Assembly (NCBI GenBank): GCA_012295275.1 | Contig: CM022670.1 | Coordinates: forward strand, 38,688,001-38,752,000 | From: Chrysomallon squamiferum | Taxonomy: Eukaryota > Animalia > Mollusca | DNA length: 64,000 nucleotides | Reading direction: 5' to 3' | Shown: positions 1-15,187 of the stretch, in pieces | How positions within the stretch are numbered: the first letter of the stretch is position 1 | Layout: every line of letters begins with the position of its first letter | Translations under genes and position numbers: made by a program | The notes under the pieces: model-generated | What the model saw: only the letters and a program-made list of their open reading frames with translations | What the model was told of the DNA's origin: nothing | Databases searched by the model: none

Positions 1-754
1 AACAAATTAAATAAATTGAAGTAAAATAAATTGATAAAATGAAGAAAAAATAATATTCAGTATAATATTATATTAAAACTGGATATCATTTTAATAGAAA
101 AGATCATTAACGATATTCCCTCAACAAATATATGTCGACAAGACGAAATTTTATTTTAAATCTTCTAAGTAAAGAAGTTTTTATATAAATTCCTACAGCA
201 AAAAATTTAAATAATAAATATAATATTATGTTTTAAAAGAAAAAGAACGCTGGAAATATACCACCAGCTAATACTACATACAAATATTAAATAGCATTTA
301 AACAATTACATTTTGACATCCTCTAAACTAATATTACTTGTAAAATACAAAAATCTTCTTTAGAATTATGCTAAACGGATTTCAAAGAAACTTATAACTG
401 TCAGTTATTATTACTCATCTTTCTGTTTGTTTTCTTGTGACTGTATTTATTCACATAAATGCCTAGGAATGTAAACTACAAAGACCTTTGACACAAAACC
501 TCAACCCCTCCAAACAAATGTTCAATAAGTTGGTCTATATATTTGAGAAAAAATATAATTGTGACATGCATTATTATAAGCTAAAGATAGAAATATAATG
601 AATAAATTAATGAATTAACAAATTTACGATTAAAGAAGATTTAAAGAGAAAAACCAAAGAAATGAACCCACTTTCTCGAATGAAGATGTTATTGCAATAG
701 CTTTTTTTTTTTCATGCTCCAAAATCAAAGGAGGAAAATAGAAGTTTAATCAAA

Positions 755-843
755 CAGGCAATGGCGGCTGTCTTGAAAAGTGTTAAAATGGTGTAGTGTA
801 GTAAATCATAACGTAGACAGCTGGGATTAAGTTCAAAGTAAAT
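755..843 (+). promoter_or_regulatory. Probable RAD17 core promoter / non-coding first exon
   Basis: YY1-like CAATGGCGGC at ~759-768. Donor AA|GTAAAT at 838 could splice to acceptor TTTAG| at 1380, just before the ATG at 1399. Confidence 0.45.
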
Positions 844-1028
844 AGGATCGACATTTCAGAAATTGTTTGCGAAAATGTTCATTTATTTCTAGTGTTGATT
901 TAATTAAATACGTTCATCGATATTATTAAATATTTAATTTAAATGTTTTTTTGGTTTTACTTTAAATTTGATTTATTTTGGTGATTTATTTATTTATCAA
1001 TTTTATAGCTGATAGATTTTATAAAAAG

Positions 1029-1059
<31 letters not shown>

Positions 1060-1398
1060 ATATACCACTATATTTCTTTATTCAAAAACAATTACAATTA
1101 TATTTATTAATATTATTTTTATTAAAGCTAAAAGAAAAAAAGAAGAAAATACATACACCTTCCCCCCCGAAGAAAAAGCATACGCTTCAGAAGTAAAGCA
1201 AAACTTTTTCGTATTGTCAGTCTAATTAAAGTATTGAACCAGAACTAGTTCTTTCAAGAAAATAAAATATAATAATAATATCAAATACAAGTGTGTTCTG
1301 CTTAAAATTACATATATCAATATAATTTTGTATGTGTTTGTTTTACTCTGTTTTATAGTTGTTATTATTTTCATATTTAGATGCTGTCTTAAATAAAA

Positions 1399-3153
1399 AT
1401 GGATCCTGATGTTACAATTATAAAAGTTGTGAAACCAAAGGTATCATTATTAATTTATTTATAAATAATATTGATTATAAAATATTTCTTTATAGATTAA
1501 AAATCAGACCTATTAAATAATAATTTTATTATTTCATAAATATTCTTACTGAAATTTATAAATCATAAATTCTTTATTGGATGTTAAGCATAGTCTATAC
1601 TTTTTGTTCACTGACATGATGTCATTCCAGATTTATTTTTTAATAAATATATCTTGGGTTAAACTTACACTAAAAGCTTTTCACTTTACCTGATTTAATT
1701 GTTATTAACTCTGAAGAATAATATAAATTTGTAAATTAAAGTATAGACAGTGAAATATTAATAAAACAATTTTTATAATAATTCTTTCTAAGTCATGAAG
1801 TTACAATATCATATTTACATTTTAGTTTATTTATTTATTTATTTTTTAAACTTCTCCAGAAATCCATCCAGTGGGTGGCTTCTTCATTTGATGATTTTGC
1901 TGATGATAGTTTTTCATCATTTCCATCATCATCATCATCATCTACATCTGCAGAGCAGAAAAATGCAGCCTCCAGTCAGTCAAAGAAACGACCACGTGAA
2001 CAGTCGTCAGTAAAAAAGTTTTTCTCGCAGGAACCAGTCCACAGACTTGCAACATGTGTGAAGGGAAAGGAGAAAAAAATAAAATCTATCCTTAATACAG
2101 AATTGTGGTCAGAAAAATTTGAACCAAAAAATAAGGTTTGTTTTGTAAAAAACTAAAAATTTTATTCTAAGTTTTTCTTTTAGTAAATATTTTTTTTTTT
2201 TTTTAATGGATATTTAATCATTTATTTATTCATTTTTTTAAACTGAGGAAAATAAAAAAAGAAATAATATTTATTTACTATACTGATTTGCTTTTGTTAA
2301 AAGAACATTTGATTTTCTATGTTATGTCATCCATCTGTATTTATGAAGAAACTAACTCAGACAGTTATAAAAACAAAGATTCTAATTATTCTTAGTGTTA
2401 TTATTTCAGGGAGAACTGGCTGTACACAAAAAGAAAATTGAAGAACTGGAGACTTGGTTAGAGAGTAGAACCAAGAATGCTTACAAAGTTTGTATTTCAT
2501 GTGTCTGTGTGTGTATGTGTGAGTGCATCCATGTATGTGTGTCTATAAGTATAATAATAATAATAATAAATAAATAAAATTTAGAAAAAACAGATATGCT
2601 GATATATTTATTTATAAAGTACTTTTGTATAAACTTGCTGAAAAAAAAATGCTTATTTTAAATTGACTGGTTAATCGTTATGAACAAACAAAAAATTATA
2701 AATTTTTGTTTATTTAAAACTAACAGTCGTGATAACTCTTTTCCTTTTATTTTTATTACCTGTTTAACAGCATGCCGCACCAATTCTTCTAATGACAGGA
2801 CCATCTGGTGCTGGGAAGACTGCTGCTATACAAGTGCTGGCTAAAGAGATGAAAATTGAAGTTCAGGAATGGACAAATCCTGCCCTGTCCACATACACAT
2901 CAGACCAGTTTCTTCCAGATACGTTCAACCCATATGGTAATACTAGTAGTATTAGAATATTGAAATATAAATTGTCTCATTTATTTATTTTAATATGTAC
3001 ATATTTGGTATTTCATATGTGTATTTTAAAAAAAACAAAAAAACATTTGTATATCTTTTAAGATATTGAAGAAAATTAAGTTAGTTTTTGTGTCAATTTT
3101 GGATTTTGTTTTTTCTCCATGTTTGTTTGTTTGTTTCATATTATTAATTATTA

Positions 3154-3215
<62 letters not shown>

Positions 3216-6200
3216 ATTTTATGTTGATATTAAAATCAGTTTTGTTTTGTAGACATATTAATAGAAATCATATTACATTACGGTTTATATTCTTCACAAC
3301 TTGTCACGGTCCCAGTATGTTAATGCAAAAACATTATTAAAAAATAATACCAATAAACTGAAAGGTTTAAAATATTACCTGAAAATATAGATCTTTTTTT
3401 TTTTTTTTTTTTTAAATAGCCAACATTAATCAAGAAAAAAGGAGTAATTTAGGCCACATTTTTTTTTAAATTTTTTTTTTTTTGTATTTTGTAGAACATT
3501 CTAGAGTTGACGTTTGTAGATATGAATCTCAGATGACACAGTTTCAGAATTTCTTGCTGCGAGCTAATAAATACCACTCCCTAGAGATGTTGGGTTCTCA
3601 CCCTCCCAACGAGAAAATTATTTTTGTTGAGGTATTTTTTAATTGTTTCTAAAGCTAGATAGATATGTTGGTATATCTGTTACTTTGTATTCATATTTCA
3701 TAATAATAAAAGTGAATGTTGTAAATAATGGTTAAAATAAATTAATAAAATTTGATAATAATAAAAAATATTCTTTAACAAATATTCTTTCCCATCTTGG
3801 ATAGAAATTAAAAACAGTTTACTTTTGATATTTCTAATTTTTAAGTTTTAGTTAAATTTATTTTCAGGAGATGCCCAACAATTTTTTTCGAGACATTTCA
3901 GCTTTTCATGATATTTTAAGGTATATTTAAAGATATAAATAAAATCAGTTTTAAAAAATTGAAATAAACCCCTTTGTTCATTTTCACATTTAATTGGTGT
4001 TGTCTGAAATGTTTGTCACTGATTAATTTAATAGTATTTTATCATCTCAAAAATATATTAAAAAATTGTAGTTTCTGTAAATATATTATTGAATTTTCAG
4101 TGAATCAGATTTAGAGTAATGACTGTAATAGGAAATTGTTTATCAAAAACCCTCAGTGAGGATTGATCATGAAGCCTATAACATCTCAAGCCTAAATTTG
4201 GACAAAACATTCTCCTTTATTTTTAATTCGCCGTCTTTAATTAATTTTTTTTTTAGTTTGAAACGAAATGTATACTTCACTTTATTTTTAATCGGAGCCT
4301 GTTTTAACTGTCATTTACAGAAAGTATCACAGAGTGGGGAGATGTCCTCTGGTTTTTGCTGTCAGTGACTCTACAAGTGGAGAATCGAGTGAACGACTTC
4401 TCTTTCCTGCTGACTTGCGATGAACTGAGAATTGACAACATCAGGTCAGTTGTAGCACACAACTTCAAGTCCATTCTTCTTTTAGTTGTCTGTCTGGCTT
4501 TATGTGACTTCTAAAAAATGTATTTAGTTTTATTTGTTTGCTTGTTTCACTAAAAAAATTATTATTATTATAAAAAAAAATACCCCCAAACAAAACAAAA
4601 AACATATATAATTTTATATATTGCTATGGTTATTGTGGGTATTATTATTTTTTAATAATAATTATAATTTATAATTAAATAAATATAAGATTGTGCCATA
4701 AAAAAGGAAGACTTTTATTGACTTATTTTAATATGATCATTTGTGTCTTCTTTATCTTTTGTGATTTGTTTCAATTATTTTTAAACTATATATTATAAAT
4801 ATAAATATAAAAAGAAGAAGGGAAAAAAATACCTATTTGTTCATTTAATTTAGAAGATTGGTGTAAGACTGCAATAGAATATATATTCTGTAAAGGTTTA
4901 ACTTCTGCTTAATAATTTAATATGTTTTCAGTTTTAATCCAGTGGCACCAACTATGATGATTAAAGTATTAACGAGAATTGCAAATCAAGCTTTAAATCA
5001 GGTAAAAGTTCTTTAGAATTTTCTGTTTTTGAATTATAATAATATTTATACATCTCACATTTACATGTCCATAGCTAATTTCAGTTATTCCACTAAGTTT
5101 TAAAATAAATAAATAAATAAATAAAATTAGATTTGTAGACATATAGATGAGTGTCTGTGTGTGTGTGAGTGAATGAGTGTTAAATAGTGAGTATGTTTTT
5201 GAGTGAAAATTGTTTCTGGTAATTTAATATAATTGCTCTCTGTCCTTTTATTGTTGTTATTATGAAATGAATTAAAATTAATAATTCTATTTTTTTAATG
5301 ATACAGAAAGCTAGCAGCTTTCTACCTTCTAGTAATGTGATAGAATCTGTGGCCATGTCTAGCGCAGGAGACATACGCTCTGCAGTGAATGCTTTACAGT
5401 TTGCTTGTTGTCAAGGTAACATCCATTCTTTCTAATGACATTTAAATTTTAATTTTTAAATTGTTTTATTTATTTATTATGATTTAAAAAAAAAAATACA
5501 CTGACTTACAATTTCCTTACAGATCTTTAACGATTTCCTTAAAATAATATTACATTAGTTTATTGTTCTGCAGTTTACCATATTTAATAGATTATGAAGA
5601 TATTATTATCAGTTTTTAATTTTTAATTAATTTAATAACAGATTATATTTAATAAAACTTTAGATCAATTTTAATACATGTTTTTTTTTAAATTTATTTA
5701 TTTTTTAATTTAATTTTTTATTATTATAACTTCATATCCTACACATACTTATTTAAAACTCTATTTTTCAGTAAGTTTTCAGAGATAATCTTCTGTTATG
5801 AAACTAACAGTTGCCTGTTTCAGATACGCTGGATTTGAAGAAGATGTTGAGTTCATCAAAAACAAAAACAAAGACATCATCTGGAAAGAAATTGAAATAC
5901 CAGACAAGCTCTAGTAAAGATGTTACTTCAGAGTCTGGCATTGGTGCTAGAGATACCTCATGTTTTCTCTTCCATGCAATCGGAAAAATTCTTTATTGCA
6001 AACGTAAGTGTTTGATTGTTGCAAAAATTATTTTTGTTGATATGTTAATAAATAAAGGCATTGGTAAATATTTCATTTACATCTGTTTGCTAATGATGTT
6101 ACCACAGAATTAATGTTTTTATTTGCCAGTAATACTTTATTTTCCTAACATTAATAGTTACCAAACTATGAAAGTATTTGGTTAAACTTGACAGAATATC

Positions 6201-9200
6201 AGTAAATCATAAAATCATTTTGAAGGACAAATAAATTTGATTATTGAAAAACAAAAGTCTGGAAAAAGTAATATAGTTAATTTTTTATTTATATTATTTT
6301 TCTTAATTTAGTAATGTTTTTCGAGACTTTTTTAATTATTATTATTTTTTTTTTATAAATTTTTTTTTTTCATTAGGTGATGATCCATCCAGTATTGCTA
6401 GACAGCCAAAGTTACCTCCACATTTGTCAGAACATGAACGAGATCCTCTTTCAATTGTTCCAGAGGTACTTGGCACCAATATTCAAATTTTAGTTTTATT
6501 ATCATTTATATTATATTCATTAATATCTGCAGATGTAAAATTTTTGTTGATATTTGTACTGAATGGGTTTCTAAGAGTAATGTAAATAAAACAAAACACT
6601 AACAGAAGTAACCTAAATAAGTATGAAAACCAAGCCCACATTTGACATGCACATTTCTGTTCAGATAGCAGTATTAGATGATTGAAAAAATCAACATAGA
6701 GATAATTGAAAAATTATTCTTACACTAATTCTGGTTTGATTTCGTAATTATTTCAATTAACAACACTACAAGTTTCGTATCTGATCATTATTGGTGTTTG
6801 TTTTTCTTTTCATTTCAAGTTGAATACAAATGTATTGGGTTGTTATTTAGTTTTGTACATTTTTTTCAGGAAGTGATTGAAAAATCCCATCTGTCTGGAG
6901 ATTATTTCATCAGTTTCTTACATCAGAACTATTTAGAGTTTTTCACTCAGTTATCTGATGTGGTGCGAGCGAGTGACTACATCAGCGATGCTGATTTCTT
7001 TACTGGTGATTGGGAGGTGTGTGTCTGCTTTTGTTTTCACTTATCATATTCTTGGCTAGACAGGTCTTTTGACAGCTGCTTGATAAACTTAAAAATTGTA
7101 ATTGTTATTAATTAAGTTACATGCTAGCTTGAAATGTTCAGTTAGAACTATACACTGGTAAATTATATACTTTTGTGCTCACTTATGTACACAGTTGCAC
7201 ACACACACATACAAGGACAGACACGCACATACTTACACATGCACACACTTGTGCACAGACGCATGCATATATACACTCTTAATTCATCCAGTCCATCAAT
7301 AGCGGGGAGTGACATGTATATCTAAATAGAATGTGTAAACCATACAGAAAACAATTTCATTTCTTTTTAAAGAGTAAATGATGAATACTCATTATTATTT
7401 GTTCCCAGTCTAGATCAGTGATGCAGAGCTATGCTGTTTCAATAGCTTCTCGTGGTATTATACATTCCAACACAGACTCAGCTAAACACAAGTCACAAAG
7501 AGTAGGCCCTGGCTGGAAACCTCTTCACAAATCTCAGTGGTTTTCTGTACAGAAAAAAGTAATTCTTGTATTTTGTTTGTTTCAGTTTGTTGTTCATTTT
7601 ATATCATTTCGAAAGTGAATTACTTTATAGAGTGATTCATTTTAACGTAACCATTTTTGTCATTGTATTTGTCTAACAATAAGATAAAAAGGAATTTTAA
7701 AGATAATTACTTTTCACAGATTTTTTATAAACACTTAATTTTAAAATTATTCACTTAATTGTATCATTTTTATTATTAATAAGATAAATAGCATTCTTGA
7801 AAAGAATTACTGTTAAAAAATCTGTTGTAAACACTTGTTGCTGAATCATTTGAATTATACTGTTTACAGCATTACATTTATCTAACAATAAGGTAAATAG
7901 CAATTTGAAAGAGAATTACTTTCCAGAAAACAATTTTCGACTTCTTATAAAAGGATTCATCTCATTACATTTTTACCTAATTATACTAATAAGATATGTA
8001 TTATAAATTGTTTCTTGAAGCTTATAATCATACAAGATTTTAAAAATAATAGGGCTAATTATTTTTTCTAAATAGAAGAATTTTTTATGTTATAAACTGT
8101 AAATGTCTGTATGTTTTTCAACTGCTTTCATTCCAGTCAAAACAAAACAGTCAGACAGCTTGTGATTTATTTAAAGGTAAGAATTTTGTTTTTGTTTGTT
8201 GCAAACATACACACATCATTAAATTGTCTTTATGTATTCTTGTGTTTATTTTATTAGCATTTTATTGTTATATTTTGATTAATCAATGTAGATTATAAAA
8301 ATGCATGTCACAGTTTTTATTTAAATAACCAAAATGTTACATTGAATAATTTAGTTTCTAAAAAAACATCCCTTAAGTTATATTCCTGAGAAATATCAGT
8401 TAGAAATATCACCAGCGATTAAATAAATGTTGAATATATATAGTACCAGACTAATGGTTAGGAATGCTGTTTTATAAAGTCACACACTGACACTTTTTGA
8501 TTATATTGTAAAAAGGTAACTACAAAAGAACAATTACAGCATGTTTATGTAATATATATATATTTAATATGACAAAAACAATTAATGATTATATTTTGTG
8601 TTTTATTCAGGTAGTCACTGTGCACCTGAAGTTCTGTGGACAGAAATTGTTCCATTCATGAATCTTATTAACATTAGACTGCACAGTCCTAGTGAGTAAA
8701 AATGGAACCTAAATACTTACCTTCATATTTCTAACTTTTTGTTACATTGGGTTACTGGAAATCACACTTTGCTAATAACAAAGTATAGGAATAATATAAA
8801 AACTAAATAGTAAATAAACAGCTGTTATCTTCTTTTAAAAAAAAAAAAATGTTTTTAATGTGTACTTGGTTATATTTTGTATAAAAATGGAAAATGTTAT
8901 ATAATAGCAATTATATTATTATCAGATCATAATAGAACAACTAACAAGCTCTCTTTCTGTGAAATATTTTTATATTTGTATAGTAAAGGTTACAAAATTA
9001 TAATTCTCAAGTCAGATATCAACCTTATCACATTCCTTTAAAACATTTCCCAAATAATGTTTCCAAGATAATCTTTATAATCACATGGATGATGTAAAAG
9101 TGACACAAAACAAACTGGTTTATTTATTGTTGTTAACATTTTGTTTTACCAATGAGAATGTCTGCATAATTCATGTGTGAATACTTTAAACTAAAGTGTT

Positions 9201-10034
9201 GAGATACTATCAAGTACATTTTGCTCTGTTACAGACTAAGTTTATGACATACATTTTTCTTTAGGTATATTTTTGACAAAAGGTTAATTTTTTTTTTTTT
9301 GTTTTTCAGATCAGATTGCATTTGTACAAGAAATGAGCAGATTTACAAAGCAGGGACAGTCAGCACGGTTAGTCGTTGATTACACGTACACATGCACCAA
9401 AATTCTGTAGAACAATATATATTTATATCTATACGATTTAGAACATGCTGTAGTTGAGTGTTAGAAAATTTTCCTTACAGTGTGTAATTCATTAAATAAA
9501 TTGCATCTACGTTTTTTTGAGGGAAGGCCATAGCTTATGCTTTTCTGTCTATAGTAAAGTAGTTACAGAATAATACTAATTAGTAAGGGAAGAAAAAAAA
9601 AAGGAATCAGTAAGGAAGGAATGAGTAATTATATCTTGTTACTCATGGTGAATAATTCTGTGGAAAAGCACTTAAAATATACCCCTAATCAGAAAGGAAG
9701 CAGTATATAAGGAATCAGCAGTTTCATATAGTTAATAATTCTGTGGGAAAACACTTACAAAATATCCCTAATCAGTAAGGAAGGAAGAGGTAGTTGTTAT
9801 ATAGAGTTAATAATATAGCAGACGTTTAACCAGCAGTTTTGTCTCATTATACTATGGTTTTAGGACAGTTTTAACTACTTGTTGTATACTATAATAGAGA
9901 TAATTAATGGTCGTTCAAATAGAGAGGGTGAAAAACTATATCCTACAAAAGGCAAATTTTTATGTTTTATTAGTAAACTAGCATTTCTTACATCACTGTT
10001 GAAAAAAAAGTTGAAAAATCTTATTATAATGTGT

Positions 10035-10081
<47 letters not shown>

Positions 10082-11395
10082 ATTTGTGAATTCTGAGTAT
10101 TCAATCTGTTAGTTATCAGATGTCTACAGATTATTCCTAAAAACTGGCAGATTTCATGAAATAATCTGAACATTAGCATCATTAATACAAAATAACCAAA
10201 ACCTAATTAGCAACAGCAGGTAATGAAACATTCATTATAATCTGTGGTCTTGTTTTGCTTAAAACAGATAAGCCTTTTATAATCTGGAGGGATTAGATCT
10301 AATAACAATGCATGTTATCTGATATTTGGCTTTTTCTTCTTCTCATGTACAGAGATAAATAATATATAAAAAATATCATTACTGAGAAAAATCCTGGATT
10401 GAGATTAGGGTTTGTATTTGTATAATATAAAATAATAATGATAATAATAGTATATATAATAGTAAAATAATAATGATAATAATAGTAAAAATAATAATAA
10501 GATAATAATAATAATTAATAGAATTAATAAATAAATAAATAATAATAATAATAACAATAATAATTATAATAAATAAATATTTAAATAAGTAAATAAATTT
10601 ATAAATGAAATAAATTGATAAAAATTATCCACAAAATTAAAAAGAAATTCAGGAATTTTTTTTTTTTAATGTTTTTATATATATTCCTTTTATGATATGT
10701 GAAAGCTTTATTTAAAAAAAAACATCTAAACAATCAGTGATAATGACATACATTATTTAGCTTTAAAATATTACATCAAACAGAAGACTATAGAGATAAT
10801 TTTATTTTTCTCCTTTTTGTTCAAAGTGTTTGCCTTTGTATAATATTACAATTTTTACAGTGCATGAAACATTTATGATTATAGCAGATGAATTTTTCAT
10901 ATAGCCTTATACCTGTTGTTGAAAACATTAAATAAATATTATTTAAAAAATAAAAATTAAAACAAAACCTCAATAAGTTAAGGATGCTAGTCCTACTTAA
11001 GAAATGTTTCAGTATATATATTAAAAATATGAAATAAATAAAAAAAAGAATAAAATAAAATAAAATAAAATAAAATAAAATAAAATATATATATATATAT
11101 ATATATATAAAAGAAAAAACCTTTAAAAAAATTCAAATTAAATAAAGATATTATCATATGACTTATTAAAACATTTATTTTTTATTTTTCAATTGGTTTC
11201 AGATCAGAAAGACTTGATGAGAAAGATGTAGTTTCATTGGACGACACTGACATGCCCAGCACACAGCTGACCAATGAAAAACCTTCAGTTGCAAGTAATA
11301 ACGAAGATGATGAATTTACAACAAACAGTCAGAATGAGATAACAGTGGACGCTGAAGAAGAAGAAGAATTAATTATCGAGGACTTTGATGACTGA
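1399..11395 (+). CDS. RAD17: Cell cycle checkpoint protein RAD17 (RFC-like 9-1-1 clamp loader), 17 coding exons, ~664 aa after restoring 2 nt in exon 4321-4444
   Basis: Manually spliced GT-AG exons: 1399-1440, 1860-2135, 2410-2487, 2771-2936, 3495-3631, 3868-3920, 4321-4444, 4932-5001, 5307-5415, 5824-6003, 6377-6465, 6870-7016, 7409-7558, 8137-8176, 8611-8691, 9310-9367, 11203-11395. Phases are compatible except for a 2-nt deficit at ~4420. Motifs: WVASSFDDF, LWSEKFEP, ELAVHKKKIEE, Walker A GPSGAGKT, KYxxL (KYHSL), Walker-B-like IFVEEMPN, SFNPVAPT, GDIRSAVNALQF, LFHAIGKILYCKR, LHQNYLEFF and acidic tail ELIIEDFDD*. Confidence 0.95.
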
Positions 11396-12100
11396 ATTAC
11401 CATATAAAAATCTGAAAGATCAAAACATATTTCGAAAAATGATAGAACTGATTTACATCATCGGTGATTAAGATGTATCTGTAGAAAATATTTTACATAA
11501 AGAAATCGTTGTAGATAAAAAAAATTATTCTGAAGTACAGATATAATGGATATTTTTCTTTTTGTGACACAATACAGTAATCAAAGCTGGAGATTATTAA
11601 TAAGGGAAAGAATATCAGAAGTTCTTCTGTTCCCTTTTCTCTCTTTTTTATTTATTTATTTACATTCTGTAGTGTTCATTATTTATTATCATTTTGGACT
11701 TGCTTAAAAAATAACAATAATAATGATAATAATAAAATAATAATAATAATTTCACTTTCATTTTTGATATTTCGTTGTTTTCAGCTGCATTTGTTTAAGT
11801 AATTGAATTTCTTTGTATACACGTTTCTTATGTATGTATAAAGTATAAATTATAAAGTATAAACTGTTAAAAGATATATGCAGTATTGGAATTTTTATAG
11901 AATTGTGCTGATAATAAGAAAAAGTTAATGAATATAATTTGTTGAAAAATGTTTTTAAAATTGTTATTTCATTGTTTTGAAAAAATGTATGACTAACAGT
12001 GATAATTAAAAGACTGGCTTCCACAGATGTTTTATTATTTATTTATTTAATTATTTATTTATTTATTTATTCATTCATTCATTCATTCATTAATTATTAT

Positions 12101-12143
<43 letters not shown>

Positions 12144-12204
12144 TCTTGTTTTCATTCCTTTAAAAAATTGAATAGGTTGAATGAAAAAGGATATTCTAGA
12201 AAAG

Positions 12205-12263
<59 letters not shown>

Positions 12264-12516
12264 GAATAATAACATATTGTAAAACGTAAATAAAATATGA
12301 ATTGACATATGATAATTATACCCAGAATGTGACAGATGGCTTTTCTGTATTAATTTCTGGACAACTGTTAGTAAATATTATTTGCGTTTTCTACCATATT
12401 CTTCATGAAAGTGAATTCTCTATAATGAACGTGAGCATTATTAGAATACATCTATGCTAAATAACCCATAAGCTTGTTATTTTAAATGAATTCGGAATTG
12501 ATTATGTTTAATATTA

Positions 12517-12711
12517 CAGTAGATTAACGGACCTTGATTCACAGGATTTGGGACTGAACTGACAAATTCGGTCTTTTCAATGGTAAATTCCGTATTACGG
12601 CATTAAAATGAGTGAAATTCAAAATTGATGTTTAAAAACAGCTGTGATTTAACGGACTTCGTTATCAGCGGACATTCTTTCAGCCTATCGATCTGTCAAA
12701 TCGAGGGTCTG

Positions 12712-12714
<3 letters not shown>
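12517..12714. mobile_element. Short pogo/Tigger-like MITE (~200 bp)
   Basis: TA-flanked ends CAGTAGA...CCTTGATTCACAG and CTGTCAAATCGAGGGTCTGCTG form degenerate terminal inverted repeats. Internal TTAACGGAC subterminal repeats are present. The right TA is expanded into (TA)n. Confidence 0.5.
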
Positions 12715-12756
<42 letters not shown>

Positions 12757-14079
12757 TTAATGATATTCAAGACAGAACATGACTAAATGTGACTGAAAAC
12801 CACAACTAAGGATATAACGACGAAAGCGACAGCGTGTTTTGATAGACACATCTTTTTCCGTGGCTGTTTGTAGACGGAGTTCGCTGGTTTGGTCTACGTG
12901 TTGTAGTTTTTTTCGACCAACAGCATTGGCAAGTTGGATAAGGTTTTGGTTTGTGTCTCTGAAGAAAATACAGACTGAATGGGTCCAGCTGACCCAGAAT
13001 CATATCTGGGACCTCGCTCTGTTAATATATTTAATTGCTGTAAAATAAAATAAAATAACGATATTAAAAAACAAAAAAAAAAAAGATTATAAAAGTTTAG
13101 TAAAAAAGAGAAAAAAGAAAAGATAAATATAATAATAATAATAATTAATAAAAACAAAATTAAAACTACCTCGACATAAACGAATGAATAAACTAGAAAT
13201 ATTGTGTATGTATGGGATCCCTTATTACTACAGTCTGATGCAAAACAATCTATATTAATGATTATAAATTATAAGAAATGTTAGGAATTTTATAAATAGA
13301 AATCAAGGCTTTTTGATGTATTTTTCTCAATGTTTGTTTGTTTATTTATTTACTTATTTATTTTTTATATATCTATTTATTATTATTATTCTCATCATCA
13401 TTATCATAACATCATCATCATCTTTATAAAATTATTATCATTATGGAAATTTACCTTAAGAAATTGTGTACATTCTTCTAAAGGTGTAGACGTTAAAAAA
13501 CAAATATCGGCGGAACCAACGGTAACAGGTTCCGCGTGGGGCGTGAACTCGCGACCTCGCTGATGTACGTTGATCTTTTGTCGTCCAAAGAACATTTCCC
13601 ATCCAGTTGTCTAGAAATGTAAAATAACGAGATTATTTCATAAAACGGATCTTTTTGAATTATCTGTTTTATAACTTACAGACGAGTCCAAGGCAAGTAA
13701 AAAAAAAAAAAAAAAAAAAAGTATATAAATAAATAAATAAATATTTATTTATTGATCAAAATCAAGTGAACCATCTTTCGGAATATGGCAGTTAGCCGTA
13801 ATATCTTGATGATATTGTAAGGAAACTGTTGCTGTTGTTGGCGCAGTACAATTTTGATAAAATTAGTCAAACGGGAATTATTAAATATTAACACAAGAAA
13901 TAACCTGTTATTTATTTATTTGATTGTTTATTTGTTAATTACGTGTATTACAGTCACACTCACACGGATGTTGAATATTCGATCATAAAAGTCTATCGTT
14001 GATCGTTGATTTGTTGCCGTGATCACAAAATGATCCAGTCTGTCAATTTGAATACCCCGGCTGACGTCAGAGCTCTGAG

Positions 14080-14160
<81 letters not shown>

Positions 14161-14345
14161 AACAACGATAATAACAATATCCATAACATAAGTTTTATCA
14201 TAATTATTTTTAAAAATTAAAAAAAAATCGAGATATTTTTCCGATGGAAGGAATTAGGATTTATTTTCTTTAAACAAAACAAAAGATAAAATTGAAAATA
14301 TTTATTTTTCATTATTTCATTGTTTTGTTTGCTTTTGTTTATCTC

Positions 14346-14396
<51 letters not shown>

Positions 14397-15153
14397 ACGA
14401 TATGTTGTGCAAAACGTATTCATTTTTACAATTAAAACATTTGTTTTGCTCCATATAATTTTTTTGATAACAAGACAAATCTCACGTGTTGTTCATTGTT
14501 ATAATTAGCTATCTCCAACAAATTTCCATTCGGGTCTCTGAAGTATACAGACGTCAGCGGTCCCAGCGCGCCTGGACGACCGCCACGACCTCGTACTAAA
14601 CTGACACCGACATCCTGTGAACACGACATACAAACATCGTTAACGTCTGCTTCGTACAGTCACAGCAGGAACAGTGGGTTATCAGTTTTACAATGACAAA
14701 ACAAAATCAGCATGTATAATAAAACTCACACGTTTTTAGTTGTGTGTGAGGAACATAATAATCAAATTATTTATCTGTTTGTATGACATACATTAGCTGG
14801 TTCAACTCGAGTGCATTTTACTGTTTGTTTGTACTTTTATGTATATCTGCACGTGATTATGAGTGTGTGTGTATGTATGTGTATATGCGTCTGCGTGCAT
14901 CTGCTGGTGTTTGTGTTTCTGAGTGTGAAAGAAACTTAGAACTAAATATACTTTTAACGTTGTTTTGTATAAACCCACAATACTGGCTAAACAAGACAGC
15001 GATGACTTGACTACAAGTAACTCATTACACGTCTTTAAAAAGAAAATGCTGTTAAACTTGTCTACGAAGAATTTAAACAGTACAAAACACGAATTACTGT
15101 ATTATGTGTCGTTTTCTTTACTATTTTTATATTTTACTTTATACATACATATT

Positions 15154-15187
<34 letters not shown>

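Noticed and set aside
7670-9800. Short degenerate direct repeats in RAD17 introns (~7670-7930 and ~9590-9790)
   Set aside because: Irregular local duplications; no CRISPR-like regular spacing or snoRNA boxes supported.
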